NCBI GenBank assembly: GCA_965277805.1
Contig: OZ255842.1
Location: forward strand, 5,469,282-5,533,281
Length of the DNA stretch: 64,000 nt
Direction: 5' to 3'
Source of the DNA: Candidatus Lustribacter sp.
GTDB lineage: Bacteria > Vulcanimicrobiota > Vulcanimicrobiia > Vulcanimicrobiales > Vulcanimicrobiaceae
Under the pieces are notes generated by a model. The model ran no database searches and was not told the DNA's origin. It was given only the letters and a program-made list of their open reading frames with translations. Positions within the stretch are counted from its first letter, which is position 1. Each line of letters starts with the position of its first letter. The translations under genes and the position numbers were made by a program. This document shows positions 17,710-26,166 of the stretch, in pieces.

Positions 17710-19109
17710 GCGAGGGCGGCGGCGCGCACTTCGCCGCATACCGCACCGGTCGGGAAGATCTTGTCCGGGTTGAACAGCGCTTGCGGATCGAAGACGTTGC
17801 GCACGCGGCCCATCGCAGCGAGGTCGTCGGTGTTGAACACGAGCGAGAGCGAGTCGCGTTTTTCGTGACCGATGCCGTGCTCGCCGCTGATCGTTCCGCC
17901 CATCTCGATGCAGGTTGCGAGGATCTCGGTGCCGGCTTCCACGACCGCGCGGACCGCGCGTTCGTCGCGGCGGTCGAAGCAGAGCAGCGGGTGCAAGTTG
18001 CCGTCGCCGGCATGAAAGACGTTCCCGACTTGCAAGTCGTACGCGTGCGAGATGCGCTCGATCTCGTGCATCACGGCCGGCAGTTTGGTGCGCGGCACGC
18101 ACGCATCTTGGATGTAGTAGTTGGGCGCGATGCGGCCGAGCGCGCCGGCCGCGCCCTTGCGCGAGGCCCACAACGCTTCGCGTTCGGCGGGGTCGGCCGA
18201 CGAACGCCACGACAGCGCGCCGTGCTGTTGCGCGATACGCGCGATCGCCGCTTCGCCGGCCGCCATATCGTCGCGCGGTCCCGCGATCTCGACGAGCAGC
18301 ACCGCGCCCGCGTCCAGCGGAAAGCCCGCGTGATAGTGCGCTTCGACGGCCGAGGTGATCAGCTTGTCCATGATCTCGAGCGCGGTCGGCACGATGCCGG
18401 CCGCGATGATTGCCGAGACGGCCTCGGATGCCGACTCGACGTCGGGAAAGGCGGCGAGGCCGACGCGCACGGATTCGGGCAGCGCCATCAGCCGCACGTC
18501 GACCGCGGTTACGAGCCCCAGCGTCCCCTCCGAACCGACGAGCAGCCCGGTTAGGTCGTAGCCCGAGTCGTCTAGCGATGTGTGGTGGATCACACCCTGG
18601 CCGTCGACGTACTCGACACCCAGCACGTGGTTGGTCGTGGTGCCGTAGGACAGGCAATGCGGACCGCCGGCGTTCGTGCCGACGTTGCCGCCGATCGTCG
18701 AGACTTTCTGGCTCGACGGATCGGGCGCGTAGAAGATGCCGTGGGTGGCGATGGCGCGCGAGAGGTCCAGGTTGATCAGGCCCGGCTGCACGCGCGCGCG
18801 CCGGTTTCGGACGTCGAGTTCAAGGATGCGGTTCATCCGTACCATCGACATGACGAGCCCACCTTGCGCCGGGATCGCCCCGCCGCACAATCCCGAACCC
18901 GCGCCGCGCGGCACGACCGGTACGCCGCACTCGAAGGCGATGCGCACCGCGAGCGCCGCCTCGCGCACGTCGCGCGGGATCACGGCGACGCTGGGGAGCT
19001 GCCCTTCGCTGTACGCGTCGAACGCGTAGACGGCAAGGTCTTCCCGGGAGCTCCGCACGGTGTCGGGCCCGAGCGCTTCCAGGAGGCGTGAAGCGAGCGA
19101 CGTCACCAT
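17706..19109 (-). CDS. glcD: FAD-linked oxidase, glycolate oxidase GlcD-like (copy 1)
   Basis: PRGAGSGL.GG, YAPDPSSQ..STIGGN, GSEGTLG, HAGDGNLHP, GEHGIG. Confidence 0.9.
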   Translation of the reverse strand: MVTSLASRLLEALGPDTVRSSREDLAVYAFDAYSEGQLPSVAVIPRDVREAALAVRIAFECGVPVVPRGAGSGLCGGAIPAQGGLVMSMVRMNRILELDVRNRRARVQPGLINLDLSRAIATHGIFYAPDPSSQKVSTIGGNVGTNAGGPHCLSYGTTTNHVLGVEYVDGQGVIHHTSLDDSGYDLTGLLVGSEGTLGLVTAVDVRLMALPESVRVGLAAFPDVESASEAVSAIIAAGIVPTALEIMDKLITSAVEAHYHAGFPLDAGAVLLVEIAGPRDDMAAGEAAIARIAQQHGALSWRSSADPAEREALWASRKGAAGALGRIAPNYYIQDACVPRTKLPAVMHEIERISHAYDLQVGNVFHAGDGNLHPLLCFDRRDERAVRAVVEAGTEILATCIEMGGTISGEHGIGHEKRDSLSLVFNTDDLAAMGRVRNVFDPQALFNPDKIFPTGAVCGEVRAAALA

Positions 19110-19148
19110 AGTGGCGGGCTACGAAGGGCGCGCGACTTCTTCCTGGAA

Positions 19149-19682
19149 GTGCGACGCTCGTCCGTGTTCAACATTCGTAGACCCGGCGCCGGAGGCGATG
19201 CCGCTCCGTCGTCGTCAAAGGCCGATCAAAAGCGCGCGAGCTATCGTGCCTCGATCGAATTTCCGATCGTCTACATCGTCGACGGTCGCGAAGGCACGCG
19301 CACCGCAAGTGCTAACGATCTCAGCGTCGGCGGTCTGCGCTTGCTCGGCGATGAAGACTTCACCAAAGACACGGTGATCGATTTCCGGTTCACGCTGCCG
19401 ACGGCCGAAGTCAAAGACGTCTTTCTCGAAAAAGAAGTTACGGAACGCACCGCGTTCGGCGAACGCAAGCGCCGCGTGAAGACGCCGCCGACGCCGTTCG
19501 AAGAGTTCGACTTGGCCGGCAAGATCGTGATCGCGTTCTACAACTTGCGCACGCAGCGCTTCGCGCACGGCGTGCGGTTCCTGAACCTGCCGGATCGGAC
19601 CGCCGACGAGATCCAGCGCTTCATCCATCTCTACCAGCTCAAGCAACTGCGCGAGCGAGCGGAACGCGACAACGAGGACTAG
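19149..19682 (+). CDS. PilZ domain (c-di-GMP receptor) protein
   Basis: RxxxR (RASYR) and DxSxxG (DLSVGG) motifs, GVRF; start may be GTG 19164. Confidence 0.8.
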   Translation: MRRSSVFNIRRPGAGGDAAPSSSKADQKRASYRASIEFPIVYIVDGREGTRTASANDLSVGGLRLLGDEDFTKDTVIDFRFTLPTAEVKDVFLEKEVTERTAFGERKRRVKTPPTPFEEFDLAGKIVIAFYNLRTQRFAHGVRFLNLPDRTADEIQRFIHLYQLKQLRERAERDNED

Positions 19683-19697
19683 AACGACCGTCTAGCC

Positions 19698-20201
19698 ATG
19701 AGCCGTATCATCCGCGCCGTTTTAGCCGTCGTCGTTATCGCTGTTGTCGTCGGCGGCGTGCTGTACTGGCGCGGCATCATCGGCCGGCCGGCCGCCAAGA
19801 CGGCGAGCACAACCGCACCCGGGGCGAAAGCGTCGGGGGCGAAGCCGAGCGCATCAGCGACACCGTTCGTTACGCCCTCAGGCGCTCCGGTCGTCGGCGC
19901 CGACCTCGATCCCGCGGCCATCGGTCCGTTCGACCTCCGCTTGGAGAAGGTCAATCAAATGGCGCACAAGCGCATCGTCACCAACGCCGAGTATCACGAT
20001 TCCGATGACGGTACGCGCTACTTCGTTGCGATCGTAACCTCGTGCAAAGACCTCAATGCGATCTGGCCGATCGACAAGGGCGTCCTGGCCGAAAAAGTCG
20101 AGGGCCCGCTCCGCCTCAAGAGCGACTTCGCGACGTTCTCGTTCGTGGAATACTTCCAGCAAGGCCAGTGGGGCGTCCAGTCCTGCGAGGGCGTGACGTA
20201 G
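19698..20201 (+). CDS. Hypothetical membrane-anchored/exported protein
   Basis: N-terminal TM helix, Ala/Pro/Ser linker, small globular domain with two Cys. Confidence 0.7.
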   Translation: MSRIIRAVLAVVVIAVVVGGVLYWRGIIGRPAAKTASTTAPGAKASGAKPSASATPFVTPSGAPVVGADLDPAAIGPFDLRLEKVNQMAHKRIVTNAEYHDSDDGTRYFVAIVTSCKDLNAIWPIDKGVLAEKVEGPLRLKSDFATFSFVEYFQQGQWGVQSCEGVT

Positions 20202-20205
20202 CTGT

Positions 20206-20228
20206 CCCTCGACAAGCTCGGGATGACA
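20206..20228. repeat. REP-like short element CCCTCGACAAGCTCGGGATGACA
   Basis: Lies between convergent genes; 21/23 identical to 25848-25870. Confidence 0.6.
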
Positions 20229-20229
20229 T

Positions 20230-21438
20230 TTAGTAAATGAGGTAGCGCGCGCGGATCGTGCGGTAGGCGCTTAGGCCGGACTCCCATGAGGCGACGATGT
20301 CGTCGGGTGAGGCGCCGCTGAGCAGGGCGAGGCGCACGGTGTCGGTGCCCCAGTCGCGATCGAAGTTGGCCGGTTTGCCGATGTGCAGTTTTCCTTGCGC
20401 GCGCGCGGCCGCCAGCAGCTCGACCGCGGTGCGGACATTGGGGAAAACGTGCGGATCGTCGACGTGGATCTGCACGCCGGCCAGCGTTTTGCCAGCCCAG
20501 AACCCGCGCTGCGGCACCCAGTCGAGCGGCTCGAAGCGCGCGCCCGGAATTTGGCGCGCGGTCAGCGTGCGCGCGAAAGCCGCGGCGTTGAATTCGTAAC
20601 CGCCGGCATATTCGAACGGGCGATCCGTGCCGACGCCGTTGTTCACGCCGCCCTCGTCGATCAGCCCGGTGGCCAAATAGACGATCGGCGTGAACGCGTA
20701 CGGCACGTTGGGCGAGGTCGGCGTCCAGCGCAGGTGCGTGTCGGTCCACAGCATGTCGCGCGACCAGCCGCGGATGGGAACGACGCGCAGCTTCGCGCCG
20801 ATCCCGAAGTGGCCGTTGAACAACTGCGCCAACTCACCGATCGTGCAGCCGTGGCGTTCGGGAATCGGATAGAGTCCGATGAACGATTTGTAGGCGGGGT
20901 CGAGTACGGGCCCTTCGACGCGCAGACCGCCGATCGGATTCGGCCGGTCGAGCACCCAGATTTCCTTGCCGTACTGTTTCGCCGATTCCATCACGTAGGC
21001 GAGCGTCGACATGTACGTATACGGGCGCGCGCCGACGTCTTGGATGTCGAACACCAGCACGTCGATGCCATCGAGCATGCGCGCGCTCGGGTGGCGCGTC
21101 TCGCCGTAAAGGCTGTAGACGGGCAATCCGCTGCGCGGATCGGCGTACGAGGGCACGTAGGTGCCGGCATCGCGGTCGCCGCGCAAGCCGTGCTCCGGCG
21201 CGAACAGCGCTTTCACGCGAATTTGCGGATTCGCGCGCACGGCATCGACGACCGTCGTGCCGTTGGAGAGCACGCCGCTCGCGTTCGTCACGATGCCGAT
21301 CGTCCGGCCGTTCAGCTCGCGCCACGTTTCGGCGACGAACACGTCGTCGCCCGGCAACACGTGCGGCTCGGCCGCGCGGGCGACCGTCGGCGTTGCGAGT
21401 GCGGCGGCGGAACTTGCGATGAACGTGCGGCGATGCAT
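20230..21438 (-). CDS. DUF1343/NamZ-like exo-beta-N-acetylmuramidase, Tat-exported
   Basis: RRTFI Tat motif, LFAPEHG, FDIQDVGAR.YTY, VLDRPNPIGG, SPN; start ATG 21438. Confidence 0.9.
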   Translation of the reverse strand: MHRRTFIASSAAALATPTVARAAEPHVLPGDDVFVAETWRELNGRTIGIVTNASGVLSNGTTVVDAVRANPQIRVKALFAPEHGLRGDRDAGTYVPSYADPRSGLPVYSLYGETRHPSARMLDGIDVLVFDIQDVGARPYTYMSTLAYVMESAKQYGKEIWVLDRPNPIGGLRVEGPVLDPAYKSFIGLYPIPERHGCTIGELAQLFNGHFGIGAKLRVVPIRGWSRDMLWTDTHLRWTPTSPNVPYAFTPIVYLATGLIDEGGVNNGVGTDRPFEYAGGYEFNAAAFARTLTARQIPGARFEPLDWVPQRGFWAGKTLAGVQIHVDDPHVFPNVRTAVELLAAARAQGKLHIGKPANFDRDWGTDTVRLALLSGASPDDIVASWESGLSAYRTIRARYLIY

Positions 21439-22016
21439 TAGCGGACCCCGATGAACTTGTGCGTTTGTAATGAGAGACGGTACCGGGCGGGTTCGTGTTT
21501 GGCGGCCTCGATCGCGAGCGCGATGTTGGCGGCCTTGTTGCCTTCGGGTTGCAGAAACAGCGGCGTCGCCGGCGGAAATGCCGCGGCCCACGCATGCGGC
21601 ACGCTGCCGTCCACGATGAGCTTCGCTTCGTTCGCGCGCGCGGCCATCTTAGGGTGCAGCCGCTCTTTCGGCGACACCGTCAGCCACACGCCGTCGGGCA
21701 ACGTTACGTCGATCGTGCCGTTCGATTCGATGTGCACGCGCCGGCCCTCGGCGCGCAGCGCGTCGATTAGCGCAACCGTCGCCGTTTGCGCGAGCGGTTC
21801 GCCGCCGGTGATGATCACCATCGGACAGTCGCCGCCCTCCGCGCGCACGCGCGCGACGACGTCGTCGACGCTCGCGACGAACTTCAGCGCGTAGTCCGTA
21901 TCGCAAAAATTGCAGGCGAGATTGCAGCCGGCTAACCGGACGAACACGGCCGGCGTGCCGGTCCACGTGCCCTCACCCTGTACGGAGTAGAAGATTTCGG
22001 CGAGTTGCAGCGTCAC
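21438..22016 (-). CDS. queE: 7-carboxy-7-deazaguanine synthase (radical SAM)
   Basis: EIFYSVQGEG, CxxxCxxC (CNLACNFC), TGGEP, LSLQTHK; start GTG 22016. Confidence 0.93.
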   Translation of the reverse strand: MTLQLAEIFYSVQGEGTWTGTPAVFVRLAGCNLACNFCDTDYALKFVASVDDVVARVRAEGGDCPMVIITGGEPLAQTATVALIDALRAEGRRVHIESNGTIDVTLPDGVWLTVSPKERLHPKMAARANEAKLIVDGSVPHAWAAAFPPATPLFLQPEGNKAANIALAIEAAKHEPARYRLSLQTHKFIGVR

Positions 22017-22384
22017 GCGAGCAGCGGATCGTCCGCGCGCAGCACGGCGCAGGCATTGGCGGTTTCCCACAGCGTCAACTCATTCAGCCCCGGGAGTTCG
22101 GGGGCGAGACGGCGCCAGATCCAGACCACGATGTTTTCGCTGGTCGGGTTCTCGATCGTATCATTGAGGTGCGTGTGGTCGAGTTTATCGATGACCACCG
22201 ACCGCACCGTGCGCGCGAGGTCGTCGAAATCCACCACCATACCGGTGGCCGGCCCGCCGGCCTGCAGCGGGCCCGCGACGCTCACGTCGAGACGGTACGA
22301 ATGGCCGTGCAGCCGGGAGCATTTTCCGGCGTGGAACGGCAGCACGTGCGCGGCTTCGAACGCGAATTGTTTGCGGATCAGCAC
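22013..22384 (-). CDS. queD: 6-carboxytetrahydropterin synthase
   Basis: FEAAH, C.RLHGHSY, LDH..LN, NPTSEN, LWET. Confidence 0.94.
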   Translation of the reverse strand: MLIRKQFAFEAAHVLPFHAGKCSRLHGHSYRLDVSVAGPLQAGGPATGMVVDFDDLARTVRSVVIDKLDHTHLNDTIENPTSENIVVWIWRRLAPELPGLNELTLWETANACAVLRADDPLLA

Positions 22385-22423
22385 GACATGCGTTTTTCCG
22401 TGTCCCGGCGAACGCGGCCTCCG

Positions 22424-23287
22424 ATGGTAGCCACGAATCGCAAGCGCTTAGTCGAAATGCCGGTCCACGGCGAGGTCGCCGCACCGAGCGTCCCCGGGGC
22501 CATCTACGACGTCGGCCACGACGGCGTGGCGCGCGTTCTGCCGAGCGTGGGCGGCATCTCGCTCAACGTGCGTGTCGGCGACGGCGCGTTCGCGTTCGTC
22601 GGCGACCATATCGAGCCGGGAGTCAGCACCCGTCATCCCGACGACAAGGTCAACATCGGCTACTGCGTCTACGCGAGCGTGGGCAACCGGGCGACGATCC
22701 TCAGCGGAGAGGCTAAGGGCGAACGCGGGACCGTAACCGGGAAGCACGGCGGGATCGAACACGTGATGATCGATTTCACGCCCGAAATCATGGAGCGCAT
22801 GGCGCTCGGCGACAAGATCGCCGTCCGCTCGGTCGGCCTCGGGCTCGAACTCGAAGACGCGGGCGACGTGCGCGTCTTCAACTGCGACCCCGACTTGCTC
22901 GAGAAGCTCGTCGTCAAGCGCGCTGGCGGCAAATTCGAAGTGCCGGTCGCACGGTTCGTGCCGGCCGCGATCATGGGCTCCGGTCTCGGACGCGCCACCG
23001 TTGCGCGCGGCGACTACGACATCCAGTGCTTCGATCCCGTGATGGTCAAGGAATACGGGCTCGATGAACTCCGCTACGGCGACATCGTGGCGATCGTCGA
23101 CGCCGATCATAGTTACGGCCGTATCTATCGTACCGGCGCCGTCAGCATCGGCGTCGTCGCGCACGGTTCGTCCGACATCGCCGGCCACGGACCGGGCGTC
23201 ACCTCACTGCTCACCTCACCGAGCGGTGCGCTCGTGCCCGAACTCGACGCCGGCGCAAACCTCGCGTCGCTTCTCAATCTGCGCTAA
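22424..23287 (+). CDS. DUF4438 family protein
   Basis: GDHIEPGVS, VTGKHGG.EH, MGSG.G, GDYDI and GHGPGVT motifs; start ATG 22424. Confidence 0.8.
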   Translation: MVATNRKRLVEMPVHGEVAAPSVPGAIYDVGHDGVARVLPSVGGISLNVRVGDGAFAFVGDHIEPGVSTRHPDDKVNIGYCVYASVGNRATILSGEAKGERGTVTGKHGGIEHVMIDFTPEIMERMALGDKIAVRSVGLGLELEDAGDVRVFNCDPDLLEKLVVKRAGGKFEVPVARFVPAAIMGSGLGRATVARGDYDIQCFDPVMVKEYGLDELRYGDIVAIVDADHSYGRIYRTGAVSIGVVAHGSSDIAGHGPGVTSLLTSPSGALVPELDAGANLASLLNLR

Positions 23288-24825
23288 CTCGTTTTGCGCG
23301 AGCGCTTGACGTAGAGCGCGCCCGAACGGTAGTCGAAGAAGAGATCGTAGGCGTGGAGAAGGTCGGTACCGGCGGTTCCGTCGATGTCTTCCGAGCCGAG
23401 GTTGGCGTTGGTGACGTCGACGACCGGATCCAGCAGCGGCAACGCGGCGATGTCGAACGTCTTCAAGTGCACCGTTTCGGCGGTTCCGGTGCCGCCCAGA
23501 CCGCGGAATTGCGCGACCTGCGCCGACGGGTCGATCGGCGCGTCGGCGCGCGAGGCGAAGAGCGGGGTGAACACCGAGCGGTTCGCGCCGGTATCGAGCA
23601 CGACGCGCCCGGTCACGGCATCGGCGCGTGCGCGCACGACGGGCGTACGGTCGTCGAGCGCGATCGGGATCGTCGCTGCATCGGCCGGCGGCTTGAACGT
23701 GCCGGGCGCGATGGCGTTGGCGACGCCATGATCCAGATCGACATGGACGATCGTATCCATGAAGAAATCGAAGCCCAGCAAGCCTGCGATGTGAGTGTGA
23801 TCGTCGAGATGGAACGGCACCGGCACGACGCGCGCGACGACGGAGCGCATCCGTAGCACGCCGACTCCGAGCTGCGGCACGATGCCGGTGGTTTCGGTGA
23901 ACGTGCCGATCGTCGCACCGACGCGCGAACCGTACGTCTCGAGGTGCGCGTCGTCGACGATAGATGGATCGATCACGATTCCGGCGGCGCCCGAATCGAG
24001 CAAGAAGTCGTAGTCTTTTAGTCCGATGTGCACTTTGACGACGCACAGCCCGTTGACGACGCGCATCGGCAGATGCATCGTCGTGACGCCGGCCGGAAAT
24101 TCAACCAGCGTACGGCGGTTCGGCGGGATATCCACGTCGCGCGGATCAGGGGTGAGGTCGAGCGTGCGCGAGAGGAGCGAGAGATCGCGTTCGTTGCCGT
24201 ACGAATCGATGCTGCGCACGTGCGAGGGTTCGGCGATGCCGTCGAAGGTGCGATAGCCGTCGAACGTCACCGTGAAGCGGCGGCCGCGCTCGACGTATTC
24301 GCGCCGCACGACGTTGGCCGTGCGCTTGTCCAGAAAACGCCACTCGTGACGGCCGCCCGGCGGATTGAGTTCGACGACAAAGGCGTTGAGGGGCACCGAT
24401 TCGCCGATCAACCGCACGTCGCGCGGATCGCTGTCGGCGAGCCATGCCGTATCGCTGCGGGCATCGCGGTTTTCATGCACGCCGGCGTACGTGTAGGTGA
24501 TCCCGTTGCGCGTTTGCTGCCAGTAGGTGCCGCCGTGGATGCCGGACTCGTAGAAGAAAGGCCCCAGCAGCGTGATGTCGCGCTCGTCACGGCCGAGCCG
24601 GAACACGTGATACGTGCCGGTCATCCGGTCTTGCGTCAAACGCCATTCTTCGATGATCGTTGCAGCGCGCGTGCGCTCGTGATCGTGAGTTTTGGCGTAG
24701 AGCGCGCGAACTTGCGCCAGCGACGTGCTGGTGGCGATCAGTCCGCCCGGCGGCTCGTCGACGGCTGCAGACGCGCTGCCGGCCGTCAGTGCGGCGAACG
24801 CGAGCACGCAGATGAGGGTGCGCAT
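23284..24825 (-). CDS. Secreted retropepsin-like aspartyl protease with two catalytic motifs
   Basis: Signal peptide; FLLDSGA..GLLGFDF and VVLDTGA..GTAGTD; start ATG 24825. Confidence 0.85.
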   Translation of the reverse strand: MRTLICVLAFAALTAGSASAAVDEPPGGLIATSTSLAQVRALYAKTHDHERTRAATIIEEWRLTQDRMTGTYHVFRLGRDERDITLLGPFFYESGIHGGTYWQQTRNGITYTYAGVHENRDARSDTAWLADSDPRDVRLIGESVPLNAFVVELNPPGGRHEWRFLDKRTANVVRREYVERGRRFTVTFDGYRTFDGIAEPSHVRSIDSYGNERDLSLLSRTLDLTPDPRDVDIPPNRRTLVEFPAGVTTMHLPMRVVNGLCVVKVHIGLKDYDFLLDSGAAGIVIDPSIVDDAHLETYGSRVGATIGTFTETTGIVPQLGVGVLRMRSVVARVVPVPFHLDDHTHIAGLLGFDFFMDTIVHVDLDHGVANAIAPGTFKPPADAATIPIALDDRTPVVRARADAVTGRVVLDTGANRSVFTPLFASRADAPIDPSAQVAQFRGLGGTGTAETVHLKTFDIAALPLLDPVVDVTNANLGSEDIDGTAGTDLLHAYDLFFDYRSGALYVKRSRKTS

Positions 24826-24863
24826 CACGCTAGGACAAACGAAAAAAGTGTTCGCGCGGTTCG

Positions 24864-25547
24864 TCAGAGCGCGCCCGACGGCCCCATCGCTTCGAGGCGC
24901 TTCTTCACGTCGGTCAGGAAGCCGATCGCCACGGCGCCGTCCACCACGCGGTGGTCGAGTGAGAGGCACACGTTCATCATCGAGCGGATCGCGATTGCAT
25001 CGTTGCGGACAACCGGCCGCTTGACGACCGATTCCATCGTTACCATGCCCGCTTGGCCCGGCACGAGGATCGGCGCGGAGAGGATCGAGCCCGACGCGCC
25101 GTTGTTGTTGACGGTGAACGTCCCGCCGCTGAGATCGTCGACGTCGAGCTTGCCGCGCCGGGCCTTGTCGATCAGCGCGCCGGCCGCGAGCGCGATGCCG
25201 CGAATCGAGCGTTCTTCCGTATTGCGCACGACCGGGACGACGAGGCTCCCCTCCGTTGCGGTGGCGATGCCGAGGTTGACATGTTTGTGCACCGCGATGC
25301 CGGCTTCATAGAACGACGCGTTCATCATCGGAAACTTCCGCAGCGCTTCGGTGACCGCGAACATGAAGAACGGCAGCAATGTCAGCTTGACGCCGTGCTC
25401 GCGCTCGAACGCATCCTTGACGGCGGTGCGCCACGCCCAGAGGTCGGAGACGTCGACTTCGACCATCGTCCACGCGTGCGGCGCCGTCTGCGCCGACTCG
25501 ACCATGCGCCGCGCGATCAGCCGGCGCGCCGGTGAGAGCGGGATCAT
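24864..25547 (-). CDS. 2-oxoacid dehydrogenase E2 catalytic (acyltransferase) domain; 3' half of a split/frameshifted E2
   Basis: APHA, GGTFTVNN.G and DHRVVDG motifs; in a different frame from the lipoyl half. Confidence 0.85.
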   Translation of the reverse strand: MIPLSPARRLIARRMVESAQTAPHAWTMVEVDVSDLWAWRTAVKDAFEREHGVKLTLLPFFMFAVTEALRKFPMMNASFYEAGIAVHKHVNLGIATATEGSLVVPVVRNTEERSIRGIALAAGALIDKARRGKLDVDDLSGGTFTVNNNGASGSILSAPILVPGQAGMVTMESVVKRPVVRNDAIAIRSMMNVCLSLDHRVVDGAVAIGFLTDVKKRLEAMGPSGAL

Positions 25548-25551
25548 CTCG

Positions 25552-26166
25552 CTATCGTCCGCTTGAAGGTGCGCGCTGTGGTGCCACACCGGGTGGCGGT
25601 CCCTCGACGATGCGCCCGGACGGCGCTGCGCTCGGGATGTCAGGTGGGCGCGGGGCGGTGGCGGCGGCGACGATGTCGGCGGCGGTGACGCGGCCGTTTG
25701 CACCGCTGCCGCTTACCGATGCGATGTCGACGGCGTGTTCGCGCGCGAGGCGGCGCACGGCCGGTGACACGCGCAAGCCGTTTGCGCTCGCGCCGTTGGT
25801 GTAGCCGTTGGTTGGCGGAGCGGACGGAAGGGTCGTTGGGTGGCTGCCCCTCGACGAGCTCGGGGTGACAACGTCACGCTGCGCCTGCGGTGCGGGCGCC
25901 GCTGCGGGCGGTTGCGGTGCACGAGCGCCTACTTCGTCGATGATGGCGATTGGGGCGCCGGTAGGGACGGTCTCGCCTTCGGCGACGATCAGTTCGCGGA
26001 TCGTGCCGGCGACCGGTGAGGGAACGTCGGCGTTGACTTTGTCAGTCGATACCTCGACGAACGCTTCGTATTTCTCGACGTTCTCGCCGGGCTTCTTGAG
26101 CCAGCGTGCGACCGTGCCTTCGGTGACGGTTTCACCGAGTTGCGGCATGCGGATCGTGGTGCTCAA
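25552..26166 (-). CDS. 2-oxoacid dehydrogenase E2 lipoyl domain plus E3-binding domain; 5' half of a split/frameshifted E2
   Basis: MPQLGETVTEG, STDKV lipoyl-Lys, SPAVRRLARE..VD...V.GSG.NGRVT; TTG start overlaps the E1-beta stop; stop TAG at 25552. Confidence 0.85.
   Translation of the reverse strand: MSTTIRMPQLGETVTEGTVARWLKKPGENVEKYEAFVEVSTDKVNADVPSPVAGTIRELIVAEGETVPTGAPIAIIDEVGARAPQPPAAAPAPQAQRDVVTPSSSRGSHPTTLPSAPPTNGYTNGASANGLRVSPAVRRLAREHAVDIASVSGSGANGRVTAADIVAAATAPRPPDIPSAAPSGRIVEGPPPGVAPQRAPSSGR

Noticed and set aside
4469-18657. Extended N-termini in the ORF track suggesting fusions (4469-6352, 15408-17192, 16480-18657; likewise 37494-39548 and 39758-41608)
   Set aside because: The extensions overlap neighbouring real genes in other frames; internal starts coupled to upstream stops fit better
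21438-22384. queD/queE as part of a 7-deazaguanine DNA-modification (dpd) defence island
   Set aside because: No dpdA/tgt-like or other dpd genes nearby; the context is housekeeping
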